In this document: positions 19,170 to 27,828 of the stretch, piece by piece
Layout of the letters: each line of letters opens with the position of its first letter
Numbering within the stretch: the first letter of the stretch is position 1
From: a virus
Taxonomy: Duplodnaviria > Caudoviricetes
DNA length: 48,673 nt
Virus record (IMG/VR): IMGVR_UViG_3300005573_000130
Location: 1 to 48,673 of that record
Strand: one strand, 5' to 3'
Notes under the pieces: model-generated
Told to the model about the DNA's origin: nothing
Databases searched by the model: none
The model's input: only the letters and a program-made list of their open reading frames with translations
Translations under genes and position numbers: made by a program

Positions 19170-19661
19170 ATGAGCGGCACCATAAAGATTTCTCAGCTTC
19201 CGTTGCCAAGCGCGGACATACCGTCATTTCAATGCGTAGCCGTGCAAAACTCCGGGGGCACATTGACGGATGTTCTCGTGCCCATCCTTGCGCCTGGCGT
19301 TGCTCCCGCTCAGGTTACAGCGACCGCAGGAACGAACCTTACCGCGGCAAATATGCTTACGGGCGTCATCGCGCGAACCGGACCAACGGCAGCTTTCACG
19401 GATACGCTTGATACCGCCGCCGATATCATATCGGCCCTGGCTGGGTCGTCGGATTCTTACGGGTTCAACTTCCTAATCCAGAATTTCACGGCATACCAAA
19501 TGACGCTGACTGCTGGGACTGGCATGACTTTCGTTCCATTTGGGTCTCAAACTTTGTCCGTCCAACCGCAAAATGTAGTAGCGTTCAGAGTGACTATCAC
19601 AGACACGACATCTGGATCATCTGCCGTCGAAATTTATCGCTTGTGGAGCGCCGGAATCTGA
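19170..19661 (+). CDS. Accessory structural protein (paralog of 42565-43164)
   Basis: KISQLP start; LTAANMLTGVIARTGPTAAFTDTLDTAADI domain. Confidence 0.6.
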   Translation: MSGTIKISQLPLPSADIPSFQCVAVQNSGGTLTDVLVPILAPGVAPAQVTATAGTNLTAANMLTGVIARTGPTAAFTDTLDTAADIISALAGSSDSYGFNFLIQNFTAYQMTLTAGTGMTFVPFGSQTLSVQPQNVVAFRVTITDTTSGSSAVEIYRLWSAGI

Positions 19662-20962
19662 TGACACAGTTCACATTCGCGAACAACGTCAACACAACCC
19701 TCGCAGCGGCAGTTACATCGTCATCTACGACCTTGACTCTGGCAAGCAGTAATAATCTGCCTTCATCCATTCCTTCGGGATCATATTTCGCTCTGACGCT
19801 AAACGATGCAGCGACGCGATCGGTTTTCGAGGTGGTCTATGCAACGTCGATCTCTGGCGCAACGGTAACAGTGATCCGAGGCCAAGAAGGAACCACGGCG
19901 CAAAACTGGCAAGTCGGCGACTATATATATGCATCGAACACAGCAGGAATTCTGAGTTCCTTTGCTCCGGTTGAGGGGAGCGCGAATAATCCGTTCGCTG
20001 TTGCTCCTGCGAGTTCTTCGGCACCGCAAAACGCGCCGCAATACGGCCAGATGTTCCAGCTTCTCACACCATCGGCCAGCGGGAACATCACGCTGACGGC
20101 TTTGCGAACGATTGTCGTCCCAACTGCGACTTCGGCGATTACGTTGACAATGCAGCCAGGGACGATTGCGGGGCAGGAATGCCAGATCGAGGGCACGCCT
20201 TATGGCGTAACGGTGCAATCCAATGTGTCTTCAGGGAATCCGCAGTTTATTCTTCCGGATGGATCGGTCGTTTATTCATTCCCTATAACCACCTACGGTG
20301 CCTCCCTTGTTCTGATATGGGATGGCACAAATTGGCATGCTCAGACCATCGGGCAAACGGTAGTCGCTACAACCACGGCAAACAATCAGGCTCCTCCGCT
20401 CTCGCAGGTTCGAGCGCAGTTCGCGGCTTTGAATGGGAATGGTAATGAGAGTTTCTACGCATCCGAATTGTATGCTGACTCTCTGCAAGGATATGGAATT
20501 TTTAATGAAAGCAACAATTCCGCGCTTGCGTGCAATTCTGGGTATACTGCATCAGTCAATTATGATAACAACTTGTTTATCCCTCATCAGGCAGCGAATG
20601 GCACAGCCGGGAATGAGGTTGTAAACTATGGGCAGTTCAATGAGCCCATAGGCGCGGCGGCCCTGGCATCGGGCAACAATAACACCGTGAGCGCAACAGT
20701 GAGTTTCTCGGTGCCTGGGCCGGGCCTCCTGATCGCGTCCGGATCACGGAACAATAGCTCAAGCACAGGTGTTGCAAACCAAGTGACGCTATATATTAAC
20801 GGGAACAACGTCGGTGCTGAGAACTCATCCTCATCGGCGACCATTTTCGCAACGGCGACGACCAGCGGCGGCACGGTGTCGGCGGAGCTCACTGCGGCGC
20901 TCAGCATCCCGTTTAGTGCGCGCGTTTCGCTCACATGGATTCCTTTTGGCCTGATCACGTAA
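19661..20962 (+). CDS. Tail fibre of the contractile tail
   Basis: N-terminal FANNVNTTLAAA...EVVYATS...TVIRGQEGTTAQNW attachment region; S/T/N/G-rich distal part; ATG 19661 in TGATG overlap. Confidence 0.75.
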   Translation: MTQFTFANNVNTTLAAAVTSSSTTLTLASSNNLPSSIPSGSYFALTLNDAATRSVFEVVYATSISGATVTVIRGQEGTTAQNWQVGDYIYASNTAGILSSFAPVEGSANNPFAVAPASSSAPQNAPQYGQMFQLLTPSASGNITLTALRTIVVPTATSAITLTMQPGTIAGQECQIEGTPYGVTVQSNVSSGNPQFILPDGSVVYSFPITTYGASLVLIWDGTNWHAQTIGQTVVATTTANNQAPPLSQVRAQFAALNGNGNESFYASELYADSLQGYGIFNESNNSALACNSGYTASVNYDNNLFIPHQAANGTAGNEVVNYGQFNEPIGAAALASGNNNTVSATVSFSVPGPGLLIASGSRNNSSSTGVANQVTLYINGNNVGAENSSSSATIFATATTSGGTVSAELTAALSIPFSARVSLTWIPFGLIT

Positions 20963-20967
20963 GGAAT

Positions 20968-21477
20968 ATGACCGTGCCATCTCCCATCTATTTCCTGCTC
21001 GCCCAGGGTCGCGGCGGATACAGCCCGGACGGAACATTGCCGGCAGGCGCAATCGAATGCACGCAAGCGCAGGCGGAAGACCCATCGGCATGGCTCGTCA
21101 AGGACGGCGCCATCGCGCAAGCGCCCGCGCCCGTTCTCACGCTCGCGCAACAGGCTGCCGCTGCCTCTGTCGCCGGCCTGTCGATCGCGCTCAGCGGCAC
21201 CATGACGCTTGCTGTGACGCTGTTCCCGACGGATGCCAGCACTCAGAAAGCCATCGAATCCATGAACGCGATGGCGCGCGCTGGTGTGCTGCCGCTCGGC
21301 TCGACGACCTATCCGATGATTGACGCGGCAGGGACATGGCACCATTTCACTGCCTCTCAGTATCAGGCCGTCGCTGGCGCGATCGCTGCCTACGTCGCAA
21401 CATGCGATCTCATCGCGGCGGGCAACCCGATGAACGCAACGGCGTTGCCATCCTCGACAATATCCCTTACGGTGTAG
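20968..21477 (+). CDS. Tail fibre assembly protein (DUF4376-like)
   Basis: RBS TAAGGA; LPAGAIECT N-terminus typical of fibre chaperones, then FPTD..Q and DAAG.WH.FT motifs. Confidence 0.6.
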   Translation: MTVPSPIYFLLAQGRGGYSPDGTLPAGAIECTQAQAEDPSAWLVKDGAIAQAPAPVLTLAQQAAAASVAGLSIALSGTMTLAVTLFPTDASTQKAIESMNAMARAGVLPLGSTTYPMIDAAGTWHHFTASQYQAVAGAIAAYVATCDLIAAGNPMNATALPSSTISLTV

Positions 21478-21487
21478 GGAGTTAGAC

Positions 21488-21871
21488 ATGCCGCCGGTTG
21501 AGATGAAAATAACGATCGGGAACATCGCAAATCTGGCCTCTATTCTAGCCGTGCTTGCAACCGGCGTGATCGGATATGGGAAACTTCAACAGGGCCAAGA
21601 GGATCAAAAGGACCGCATCGAGCAGATATCCAAGCAGCAAAAAGACGCGATAGAAGACTTGCGAATTTCCGAAGATTCCAAGATTTCTTCTGTCGAAAAA
21701 GCCAGAAGCGAGGATAATGCTTCATTCACCCATCAGATGGACGGCTTGATCTCTCAACAAAATCTAGTCAATCAGCAAATTGTCAATCAGCTTCAGTCCA
21801 TTCAGTCTCGGATTGACAGGCTGATCGATATGAAGCGCAGCGAAATCCCTCAAACAACGACGGTGCGGTGA
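21488..21871 (+). CDS. Membrane-anchored coiled-coil protein (paralog of 43161-43559), possibly holin-related
   Basis: One N-terminal hydrophobic helix (ITIGNIANLASILAVLATGVIGY), then a coiled coil ending RIDRLIDMK. Confidence 0.55.
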   Translation: MPPVEMKITIGNIANLASILAVLATGVIGYGKLQQGQEDQKDRIEQISKQQKDAIEDLRISEDSKISSVEKARSEDNASFTHQMDGLISQQNLVNQQIVNQLQSIQSRIDRLIDMKRSEIPQTTTVR

Positions 21872-21872
21872 C

Positions 21873-22184
21873 ATGACAACCCCGAACGCGAAAAACCAGC
21901 CGGCGGGCGCGATCCCCGTCTATTCCGGCGCGGCATCGAGCGCCGTCGTCACGGCAAGCGGCCAAGTGAAATCGAGCGCTGGCGTGCTCTCGACCGTGGC
22001 CATCGGCGTCCCTGGGACAAGCGGCATCATCAGCCTTTATGACGGGACCAGCACCTCCGGCACGCTCTTGTGGACGATCTCGCAAACCGCGGTCGCTCAG
22101 CAGGACATTGGGATCGCGTTCAAAACTGGCCTCTACGTTTCGTTCTCCGCAGCCGGCGCAACGGCAAACATCACATATTTCTGA
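21873..22184 (+). CDS. Small beta-rich structural protein (paralog of 10112-10417)
   Basis: QVKSSAGVL...LYDGTS...GIAFKTGLYV pattern. Confidence 0.6.
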   Translation: MTTPNAKNQPAGAIPVYSGAASSAVVTASGQVKSSAGVLSTVAIGVPGTSGIISLYDGTSTSGTLLWTISQTAVAQQDIGIAFKTGLYVSFSAAGATANITYF

Positions 22185-22193
22185 GGTGACGCC

Positions 22194-22790
22194 ATGAACC
22201 TTTCCGCCGCTGCCGGCACGTCTGCCCTGACGGCTTTGTTCACCGCGCTCAACGGGGGCACGCTGAACCTCTATACCGGCACGCCGCCGGCGAACGTCGC
22301 AGCCGCACTCAGCGGCAATACACTCATCGGCACCGCTACCTTCGCATCATCGGCTCTCTCCGGCTCCATCACCACCAGCGGCGACAACGTCGTCGGAACT
22401 CTGGCGTTCACATCTTCGACTTTCACCACCGCCGCGGCGGGAACGGTGACTTTCGCGCGCGCATTGAACACCACACCGGCGGGCGTCATCGACCTCGGCG
22501 CGTCGTCGGTGTGGCTGCCATCGACGACGGTAGTAGTCGATCAGATGTGCACGAATGGGGGCAATCTCTATATCTGCACGACGGGTGGCACCACGGCGGC
22601 GAGCGGCGGCCCGACCGGCACCGGCACGGCCATCACCGATAACACTGCGGTATGGTCCTATGTGCAGCCCGGAGCTTCCACCTTGACGATGAACAACGTC
22701 GCGGTGACGGCGAATCTCTCGACCACGATCCAAAGTGCAACGCTGTCGCTGCCGATCACGAACCCGGTCGGCTCTGCACTGGTGACGTGA
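22194..22790 (+). CDS. Structural protein with an inserted carbohydrate-binding-like module
   Basis: RBS GAGGTG; GTLNLYTGTPPA...AAGTVTFAR core plus WLPST...GNLYICTTGGTT...DNTAVW insert resembling CBM5/12-type modules. Confidence 0.6.
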   Translation: MNLSAAAGTSALTALFTALNGGTLNLYTGTPPANVAAALSGNTLIGTATFASSALSGSITTSGDNVVGTLAFTSSTFTTAAAGTVTFARALNTTPAGVIDLGASSVWLPSTTVVVDQMCTNGGNLYICTTGGTTAASGGPTGTGTAITDNTAVWSYVQPGASTLTMNNVAVTANLSTTIQSATLSLPITNPVGSALVT

Positions 22791-22791
22791 T

Positions 22792-23265
22792 ATGTGGACA
22801 CCAGCGCAGCTTAAAGCCGCCTATCAGGCGCTCTCGCCGGCGCCGGCCTCCTACGAGGCCGCCGCTGCTACGCTCAACGCGCAGACAACGACGGTGACGG
22901 TCTCGGTGCCGATCATGGACGTGGCGGCGTATCTCGGCCTCGTCGGGAAGCTAGGCGCGATCGAGGCGTTCGCCAAGACCCCGCCGAGCGGCGCGAGCGC
23001 GCAAGCGGTGGCAGCAGCGCAAGGACTATGGGAGATGATCCAGTCCCCCGCCTCATTCCCGCCGTTCGACATGCCGAATCCGACCGTGGCGGCGTCCGTC
23101 GAGGCGATGCTCGCTGCGCTGGTTTCGCCAGGGACGGGCATCACCGGCCCGATCGACAGCACCGATCAGGCGACCATCCTCGGCCTCGCGACGCAGACCG
23201 TGCCGGCGTGGCAGCCCGCCGTCACCGCGGGCGACGTGCAAACGGCGTTGGCGTTGGTGCCATGA
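22792..23265 (+). CDS. Hypothetical protein (helical, Ala-rich)
   Basis: 157-aa ORF abutting both neighbours. Confidence 0.6.
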   Translation: MWTPAQLKAAYQALSPAPASYEAAAATLNAQTTTVTVSVPIMDVAAYLGLVGKLGAIEAFAKTPPSGASAQAVAAAQGLWEMIQSPASFPPFDMPNPTVAASVEAMLAALVSPGTGITGPIDSTDQATILGLATQTVPAWQPAVTAGDVQTALALVP

Positions 23266-23453
23266 CCCACGATGACCCGCAGCCTTCGCCGCTTGCCGCG
23301 CTGATCCTTCTGGACCTCCGGCACAGCGCCCGTCGGGATGACTACGACCTATTGGCGCTCATCGCGCGGATGATGGCGCTTGCGCTGTCGCGTCCGAGAG
23401 AAGCAAGAAAAACGCTGAACGAGGTCGCGAACAATTTGAGGACAACAGAATGA
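23262..23453 (+). CDS. Small hypothetical protein
   Basis: ATG 23262 and stop 23453 both in ATGA overlaps; 63 aa starting MTHDDPQP. Confidence 0.5.
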   Translation: MTHDDPQPSPLAALILLDLRHSARRDDYDLLALIARMMALALSRPREARKTLNEVANNLRTTE

Positions 23454-24250
23454 CCGCAACCCCCATCGGCCTTTCGCCTGCCGCTTCTGCCAGCGTCACG
23501 CCGACGATCACGTTGGATAGCCTCGCGAATGGCGTCGTAGCAACATCTTCGGCGTTCACCAATCCGACGACGCCCGACGGCAATTTCTACCAATTCGCGC
23601 GGCTGGAGATCAATCTCGGCGCAAGCACGGCGATCGGCACAAGCGGCACGCCGAACATCTCGGCGGTGGTATTCGGGTCGGCTGCCGGAAGCTCGCTTGT
23701 GCCGCCAACTGGCGTGAGCAACGGACAGCTTTATCCGATTGCCGACTCGCGCGTCGGCGCCAACACGATCGTCTCGACCAGCACGCAGCTTCTGGTCGTT
23801 GAGGATTTGCCCGTGCCGCCGATCGCGTCCCCGCTGTTGAGCGTCCTCAACAATCTAGGCGTGCCGTTTCCAACCAATACACCCCCGGCGGCTCCGACGC
23901 TGAGTTCGGTGGCTGGGGGCACACTGGCCGCAACCACCTACTACGTGAAGATCACCTATGTGAACGCGGCTGGTGAAACACTCCCATCGGCGGAATCAAG
24001 TCTTGCCGTAGCAGCGGACTATGTGCTGTCGGTCGCGAGCCCAGCCGCCACGTCCGGCGCGAGCGGGTGGAATGTGTTTGTCAGCACCTCGTCTGGAACA
24101 GAGACCCTCCAGAACAGCAGCCCGATCGCCATCGGCACGGCATGGCAGGAGCCAACAACGGGGCTCGTGACTGGGTCGGCTCTTCCTACCACGTCAACAT
24201 TCGGCGTCCCGAGCGCAACCCTTTACTTCTACACGCCCAGCGCAGGGTAA
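23450..24250 (+). CDS. Structural protein with an FN3/Ig-like domain
   Basis: PPAAPTLS...TYYVKITYVNAAGETLPSAESS...GWNVFVST pattern. Confidence 0.6.
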   Translation: MTATPIGLSPAASASVTPTITLDSLANGVVATSSAFTNPTTPDGNFYQFARLEINLGASTAIGTSGTPNISAVVFGSAAGSSLVPPTGVSNGQLYPIADSRVGANTIVSTSTQLLVVEDLPVPPIASPLLSVLNNLGVPFPTNTPPAAPTLSSVAGGTLAATTYYVKITYVNAAGETLPSAESSLAVAADYVLSVASPAATSGASGWNVFVSTSSGTETLQNSSPIAIGTAWQEPTTGLVTGSALPTTSTFGVPSATLYFYTPSAG

Positions 24251-24256
24251 GCGCGC

Positions 24257-26722
24257 ATGCGCTTCGACCCCACTCAAGTCCCGACGTTCCCGGTCGAGAT
24301 CGGCGGCGAGCTACCCGCGAGCACGGTCTATGTTCCCGGCATCTCGCTGCGTGATCTCGGCGGCGTGTTCCCACCTCTCGTCGCGCAATCGCTCGCCACT
24401 ATCGCAGGATCGAGCTACGGGCCGGCGCTGACCTCGAACTCGACGGGCGCCGATAGCTCCACTGGAGCGCAGGTCGTCACTGGGAACTATCTCGGCAATA
24501 TCGGCCAAGAGATCACGATTTTCTGGGCTGGCGATCAAAATGCTGCCGCATCTACTGCCGGCTCGGAAATCTTCGGGATTGAGTATGACGCAAACGGGGA
24601 TGTACCGTATCATGCCTTTGCGCTTGCTGTAGATGGCGGCGGCAACATTCAGGCCATATGCGGAATCGGGACGAACTATTACGACTTTACGACGAGCCAA
24701 CAGTGGAGCTCTAATTCGCGACAAACTTGGGTCGCGAGCATCCAGATCGGCGGCTCGATAAACCTGTATCGCAACGGCGCCCTGCTCGGCACCACCAGCG
24801 GGCTTCCAACGGGGACGTTCGCGACTACCTCCGCCAGCACGCTGCGGCTCGGGAACTATTCCCCGAACGGCTACTCCAACGCGAACAATGCTGTTGCGGG
24901 CTTTTACAACGGCATTTGGACGCCGACGCAGATTGCGCAATTCAACGCCGAGCCCTTCGCGATGCTGCGCCCCGTGCGCCGGCGAACGTATTTCGTGCCG
25001 GCGAGCAGTGGGACAGACGTCACGGTGTTCGGCGCCTCGGCGAAAGCTGGCGCTGGCGTTCTGACCGCGGCGATTTCCTTCCGCCCCCCCGGCGCAAGCG
25101 TGGCGACAGCGGCGAGCCCGTTGAGCGGTGTCGTGAGCGCGCCGATTGCCGGAGCCGACGCAAAGGCGAACGCTGGCAACGTGAGCTTCGCGGTTCAGAC
25201 GGGCGTCACGGGCACCACGGCGCAGTCGCGTGCCGGCTTTCTCACGTCCGAGATTTCCATTGCCGCCCCGAGCGCGACCGCCCACCTTGCCGCGTCTTCT
25301 TTGCTGCCGGCGGTAGAGCCGCATCTTTCCGGCGCATCGGTCGCCGCTCTCGCGCAGCCGCTATCCACTAAAAACAACGACGTGTACGCGGGTGTGGTCG
25401 GCGCGACCATGACGATGTATGCTTCCCCGTTGAGCGTGTCGATCGTGAACGTCTCGCCGGCCATTGAGCGCCTGCTTTTGTGGGGCTCTCCGTATTCGGA
25501 GGACAACAACGTGCCCAACACTTCCGGCACCTCCACCTATGCGCCGGCGCTATCGGAAATTCTGGTCGAAGCGTTCGAGCGATGCGGGATGCGCACGTCT
25601 GAATTGACGCAGGAGCATTATCTATCCGGGCGCCGCTCGATGAACCTCGTGCAGTCGGCATGGTCGAACCGCGGCATCAATCTGTGGAAAGTCGATCTCG
25701 TCAAGGTTCTGATGCCGCAGGGACAGATTTCCTATCCTGTCGATGCGGATGTCATCAACGTGCTCGACACCTACCTCCGCCAATTCGACCTCGGGATGCC
25801 GGTCAATGTCCCGCCGAAATTCTCCACCGTCGCTGGTTCCGACGTCGTTACCATCACCGCGCCAACAAGCTCCCCGTTCGCTGCCGGGTTCTACATCTCG
25901 ATCAACGTCCCGGTCTCGGTCGGCGGCATCGTCGTAGGCGGCTTCTACGAGGTGCAGTCGGTCATCGACGGCACGACCTACACCATCCAAGCGGCGAGCA
26001 ACGCTACTGCGACCGTCAACCAAGGCGGCGTCGTGCCGGTGTTCTCGACGGTGGCCGGCTCGCAAAACGTGACCGTCACTTTCCCGAACCACGGCTACCT
26101 GCCGGGTCAAAGCTTCACGGCGCAAATTCCCACTACCGTCGGCGGCGTTGTCATCGGCGGCCCCTACGTGGTGACTTCGGTTCCGTCTTCCGACACATTC
26201 GTCATCGGCGTGCCTTACCCGGCGGGGGCGACGGCGACGGGGGCGGAGAACGGCGGCAATACGGCGATCGCGCAGCAATCTCTGATGAGCCAGTTCACGC
26301 AGTCGTCTGACCCCTACGACCTATTGCTCTATCCCCTCTCGCGCAACGACTACGCCGCGATCCCAGACAAGCTCGGGCAAGGGCGCCCGACAAGCTACTG
26401 GTTCGACCGCACCAATCCGGGAACGATCAATGTGTGGCCGGTGCCGGACGCCAACGGACCGTATCAGCTTTGCTACTACGTGTTCCGGCAGATGCAGGAC
26501 GCCATGCCGGCCAACGGCCAACAGGGTGACATGCCGCAGCGGTTCTTCGAGGCCTATACCGCCGAGGTCGCGGCGCACTTGGCGATGAAATGGGCGCCCC
26601 CGGAGCGAGCGATTGCATTGAAACAATACGCGCAAGCCGCGTATGCTGAGGCCCAGGCCGAGGACCGCGAGAAGGTATCCACTTATTGGGTGCCAGAGAT
26701 GAGCGGCTACTTTCGGAAATAG
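24257..26722 (+). CDS. Fusion protein: LamG/concanavalin-like domain, Ala-rich linker and podovirus-type head-tail adaptor
   Basis: INLYRNGALLG...FYNGIWTPTQIAQF (LamG-like); from residue 419 NTSGT...EILVEAFERCG...RRSMNL...WSNRGINLW and GRPTSYW...INVWPVPD adaptor motifs. Confidence 0.7.
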   Translation: MRFDPTQVPTFPVEIGGELPASTVYVPGISLRDLGGVFPPLVAQSLATIAGSSYGPALTSNSTGADSSTGAQVVTGNYLGNIGQEITIFWAGDQNAAASTAGSEIFGIEYDANGDVPYHAFALAVDGGGNIQAICGIGTNYYDFTTSQQWSSNSRQTWVASIQIGGSINLYRNGALLGTTSGLPTGTFATTSASTLRLGNYSPNGYSNANNAVAGFYNGIWTPTQIAQFNAEPFAMLRPVRRRTYFVPASSGTDVTVFGASAKAGAGVLTAAISFRPPGASVATAASPLSGVVSAPIAGADAKANAGNVSFAVQTGVTGTTAQSRAGFLTSEISIAAPSATAHLAASSLLPAVEPHLSGASVAALAQPLSTKNNDVYAGVVGATMTMYASPLSVSIVNVSPAIERLLLWGSPYSEDNNVPNTSGTSTYAPALSEILVEAFERCGMRTSELTQEHYLSGRRSMNLVQSAWSNRGINLWKVDLVKVLMPQGQISYPVDADVINVLDTYLRQFDLGMPVNVPPKFSTVAGSDVVTITAPTSSPFAAGFYISINVPVSVGGIVVGGFYEVQSVIDGTTYTIQAASNATATVNQGGVVPVFSTVAGSQNVTVTFPNHGYLPGQSFTAQIPTTVGGVVIGGPYVVTSVPSSDTFVIGVPYPAGATATGAENGGNTAIAQQSLMSQFTQSSDPYDLLLYPLSRNDYAAIPDKLGQGRPTSYWFDRTNPGTINVWPVPDANGPYQLCYYVFRQMQDAMPANGQQGDMPQRFFEAYTAEVAAHLAMKWAPPERAIALKQYAQAAYAEAQAEDREKVSTYWVPEMSGYFRK
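25498..25513 (+). promoter_or_regulatory. Internal RBS and in-frame GTG start for a stand-alone adaptor (25511-26722)
   Basis: GGAGGA at 25498-25503, 7 nt before GTG 25511, which is in frame with 24257 and sits at the start of the adaptor-like sequence. Confidence 0.65.
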
Positions 26723-26731
26723 GATTGAGCA

Positions 26732-27040
26732 ATGCCTAGCATCCGGTCAAAATATGTTCCGGTCGATATCCAGAAGCCGCGCGCATCCGCGTTTTGCGAT
26801 CGGTGCGGGTTTCGCTGGCTGCATGGCGATCTCGAATGGCAATATGACTGGCGCGGCAACAATCTGCAAAACCTCTGGCTGCTCGTCTGCCGCTATTGCG
26901 ACGATGTGCCGCAGCCGCAGCTTCGTCCGATCATCATTGGCCCCGATCCGGTCCCGACTAAAGACCCGCGGCCAGGCTGGAACGACCAGCAGATGGGCTA
27001 TACGCCGCTGTTCTCGGTGAAGGAAATTCTCGATGACTGA
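26732..27040 (+). CDS. Small CxxC...CxxC (Zn-binding) protein of podovirus-type tail modules
   Basis: AFCDRCGFR...LLVCRYCDDVPQPQL...DPVPTKDPRP. Confidence 0.7.
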   Translation: MPSIRSKYVPVDIQKPRASAFCDRCGFRWLHGDLEWQYDWRGNNLQNLWLLVCRYCDDVPQPQLRPIIIGPDPVPTKDPRPGWNDQQMGYTPLFSVKEILDD

Positions 27041-27051
27041 GGGCCGCGCTC

Positions 27052-27828
27052 ATGATGTGGGATGATTTGGTTTCGCAGCTTGGCTCCTACTGCCAGCAGC
27101 TTGGCGATCTGGCGAACCCAGACTTCACCTTGTCGATTCCGAACTTCGTGCAGAACGCCGAGCTTCGCATCTATCGCGAACTTGATTTCCTCTCGACGCG
27201 CGGCCAGAACACCAGCCTCAATTTCACCGCCGGCAATCGTATCTTGCCGTTCGATGGGATGAGCGGCCAGACCGTCAACGGGTTTCCCGTCTATCCGAAC
27301 TATCCCATTGTGGTGCAGGGGCTCGCCGCCATCCTCCCGGGGCCTGGGCAGCTTCCCGGACCGGTGAACCCGCTTACCGGCGTCAGGGTTCGGTTCCTCC
27401 TGACCTCGGTTGACTGGATTGACTCGGTATGGCCGACCGAGAGCGCAACTTCGCCGCCGGGGCAGCCCGTCGCCTATTATGCGATGCTCGACCACAAGAC
27501 GGCCATCGTCGCGCCGACGCCGGATCAAAACTACATGGCCGAGGTGACGGGCACATGGCGTCCTGCTGTAATGAGCGCGACGAACCCGGAGACCTATCTC
27601 GGGGATTACCTATGGGATTTGTTCTTCTCGGCGTGCATGGTGGAGGCCGCTGGGTGGATGCGCGACTACGGGATGCAGAGCGACGATCCCAAGATGGCGA
27701 TGTCCTGGGAAGCGCGCTACCAGTCCAATATCAAAAACGCGATTGAGGAAGAACAGCGCCGCAAGGGTTCCGATCCCGGGTGGCAACCGTTTTCTCCGAC
27801 GCCGCTTTCCGGGAGCCCGAGGCCATGA
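27052..27828 (+). CDS. Second adaptor/tail tubular protein A-like (gatekeeper)
   Basis: IPNFVQNAELRIYREL, P.AYYA, IVAPTPDQNY..E and ETYLGD..DLFFSACMVEA motifs. Confidence 0.7.
   Translation: MMWDDLVSQLGSYCQQLGDLANPDFTLSIPNFVQNAELRIYRELDFLSTRGQNTSLNFTAGNRILPFDGMSGQTVNGFPVYPNYPIVVQGLAAILPGPGQLPGPVNPLTGVRVRFLLTSVDWIDSVWPTESATSPPGQPVAYYAMLDHKTAIVAPTPDQNYMAEVTGTWRPAVMSATNPETYLGDYLWDLFFSACMVEAAGWMRDYGMQSDDPKMAMSWEARYQSNIKNAIEEEQRRKGSDPGWQPFSPTPLSGSPRP

Noticed and set aside
8201-21477. Stand-alone tailocin or extracellular contractile injection system
   Set aside because: The tail genes follow directly from head and neck genes with terminase and portal, and no eCIS-type AAA+ ATPase is seen; kept only as a sub-hypothesis of the two-tail finding
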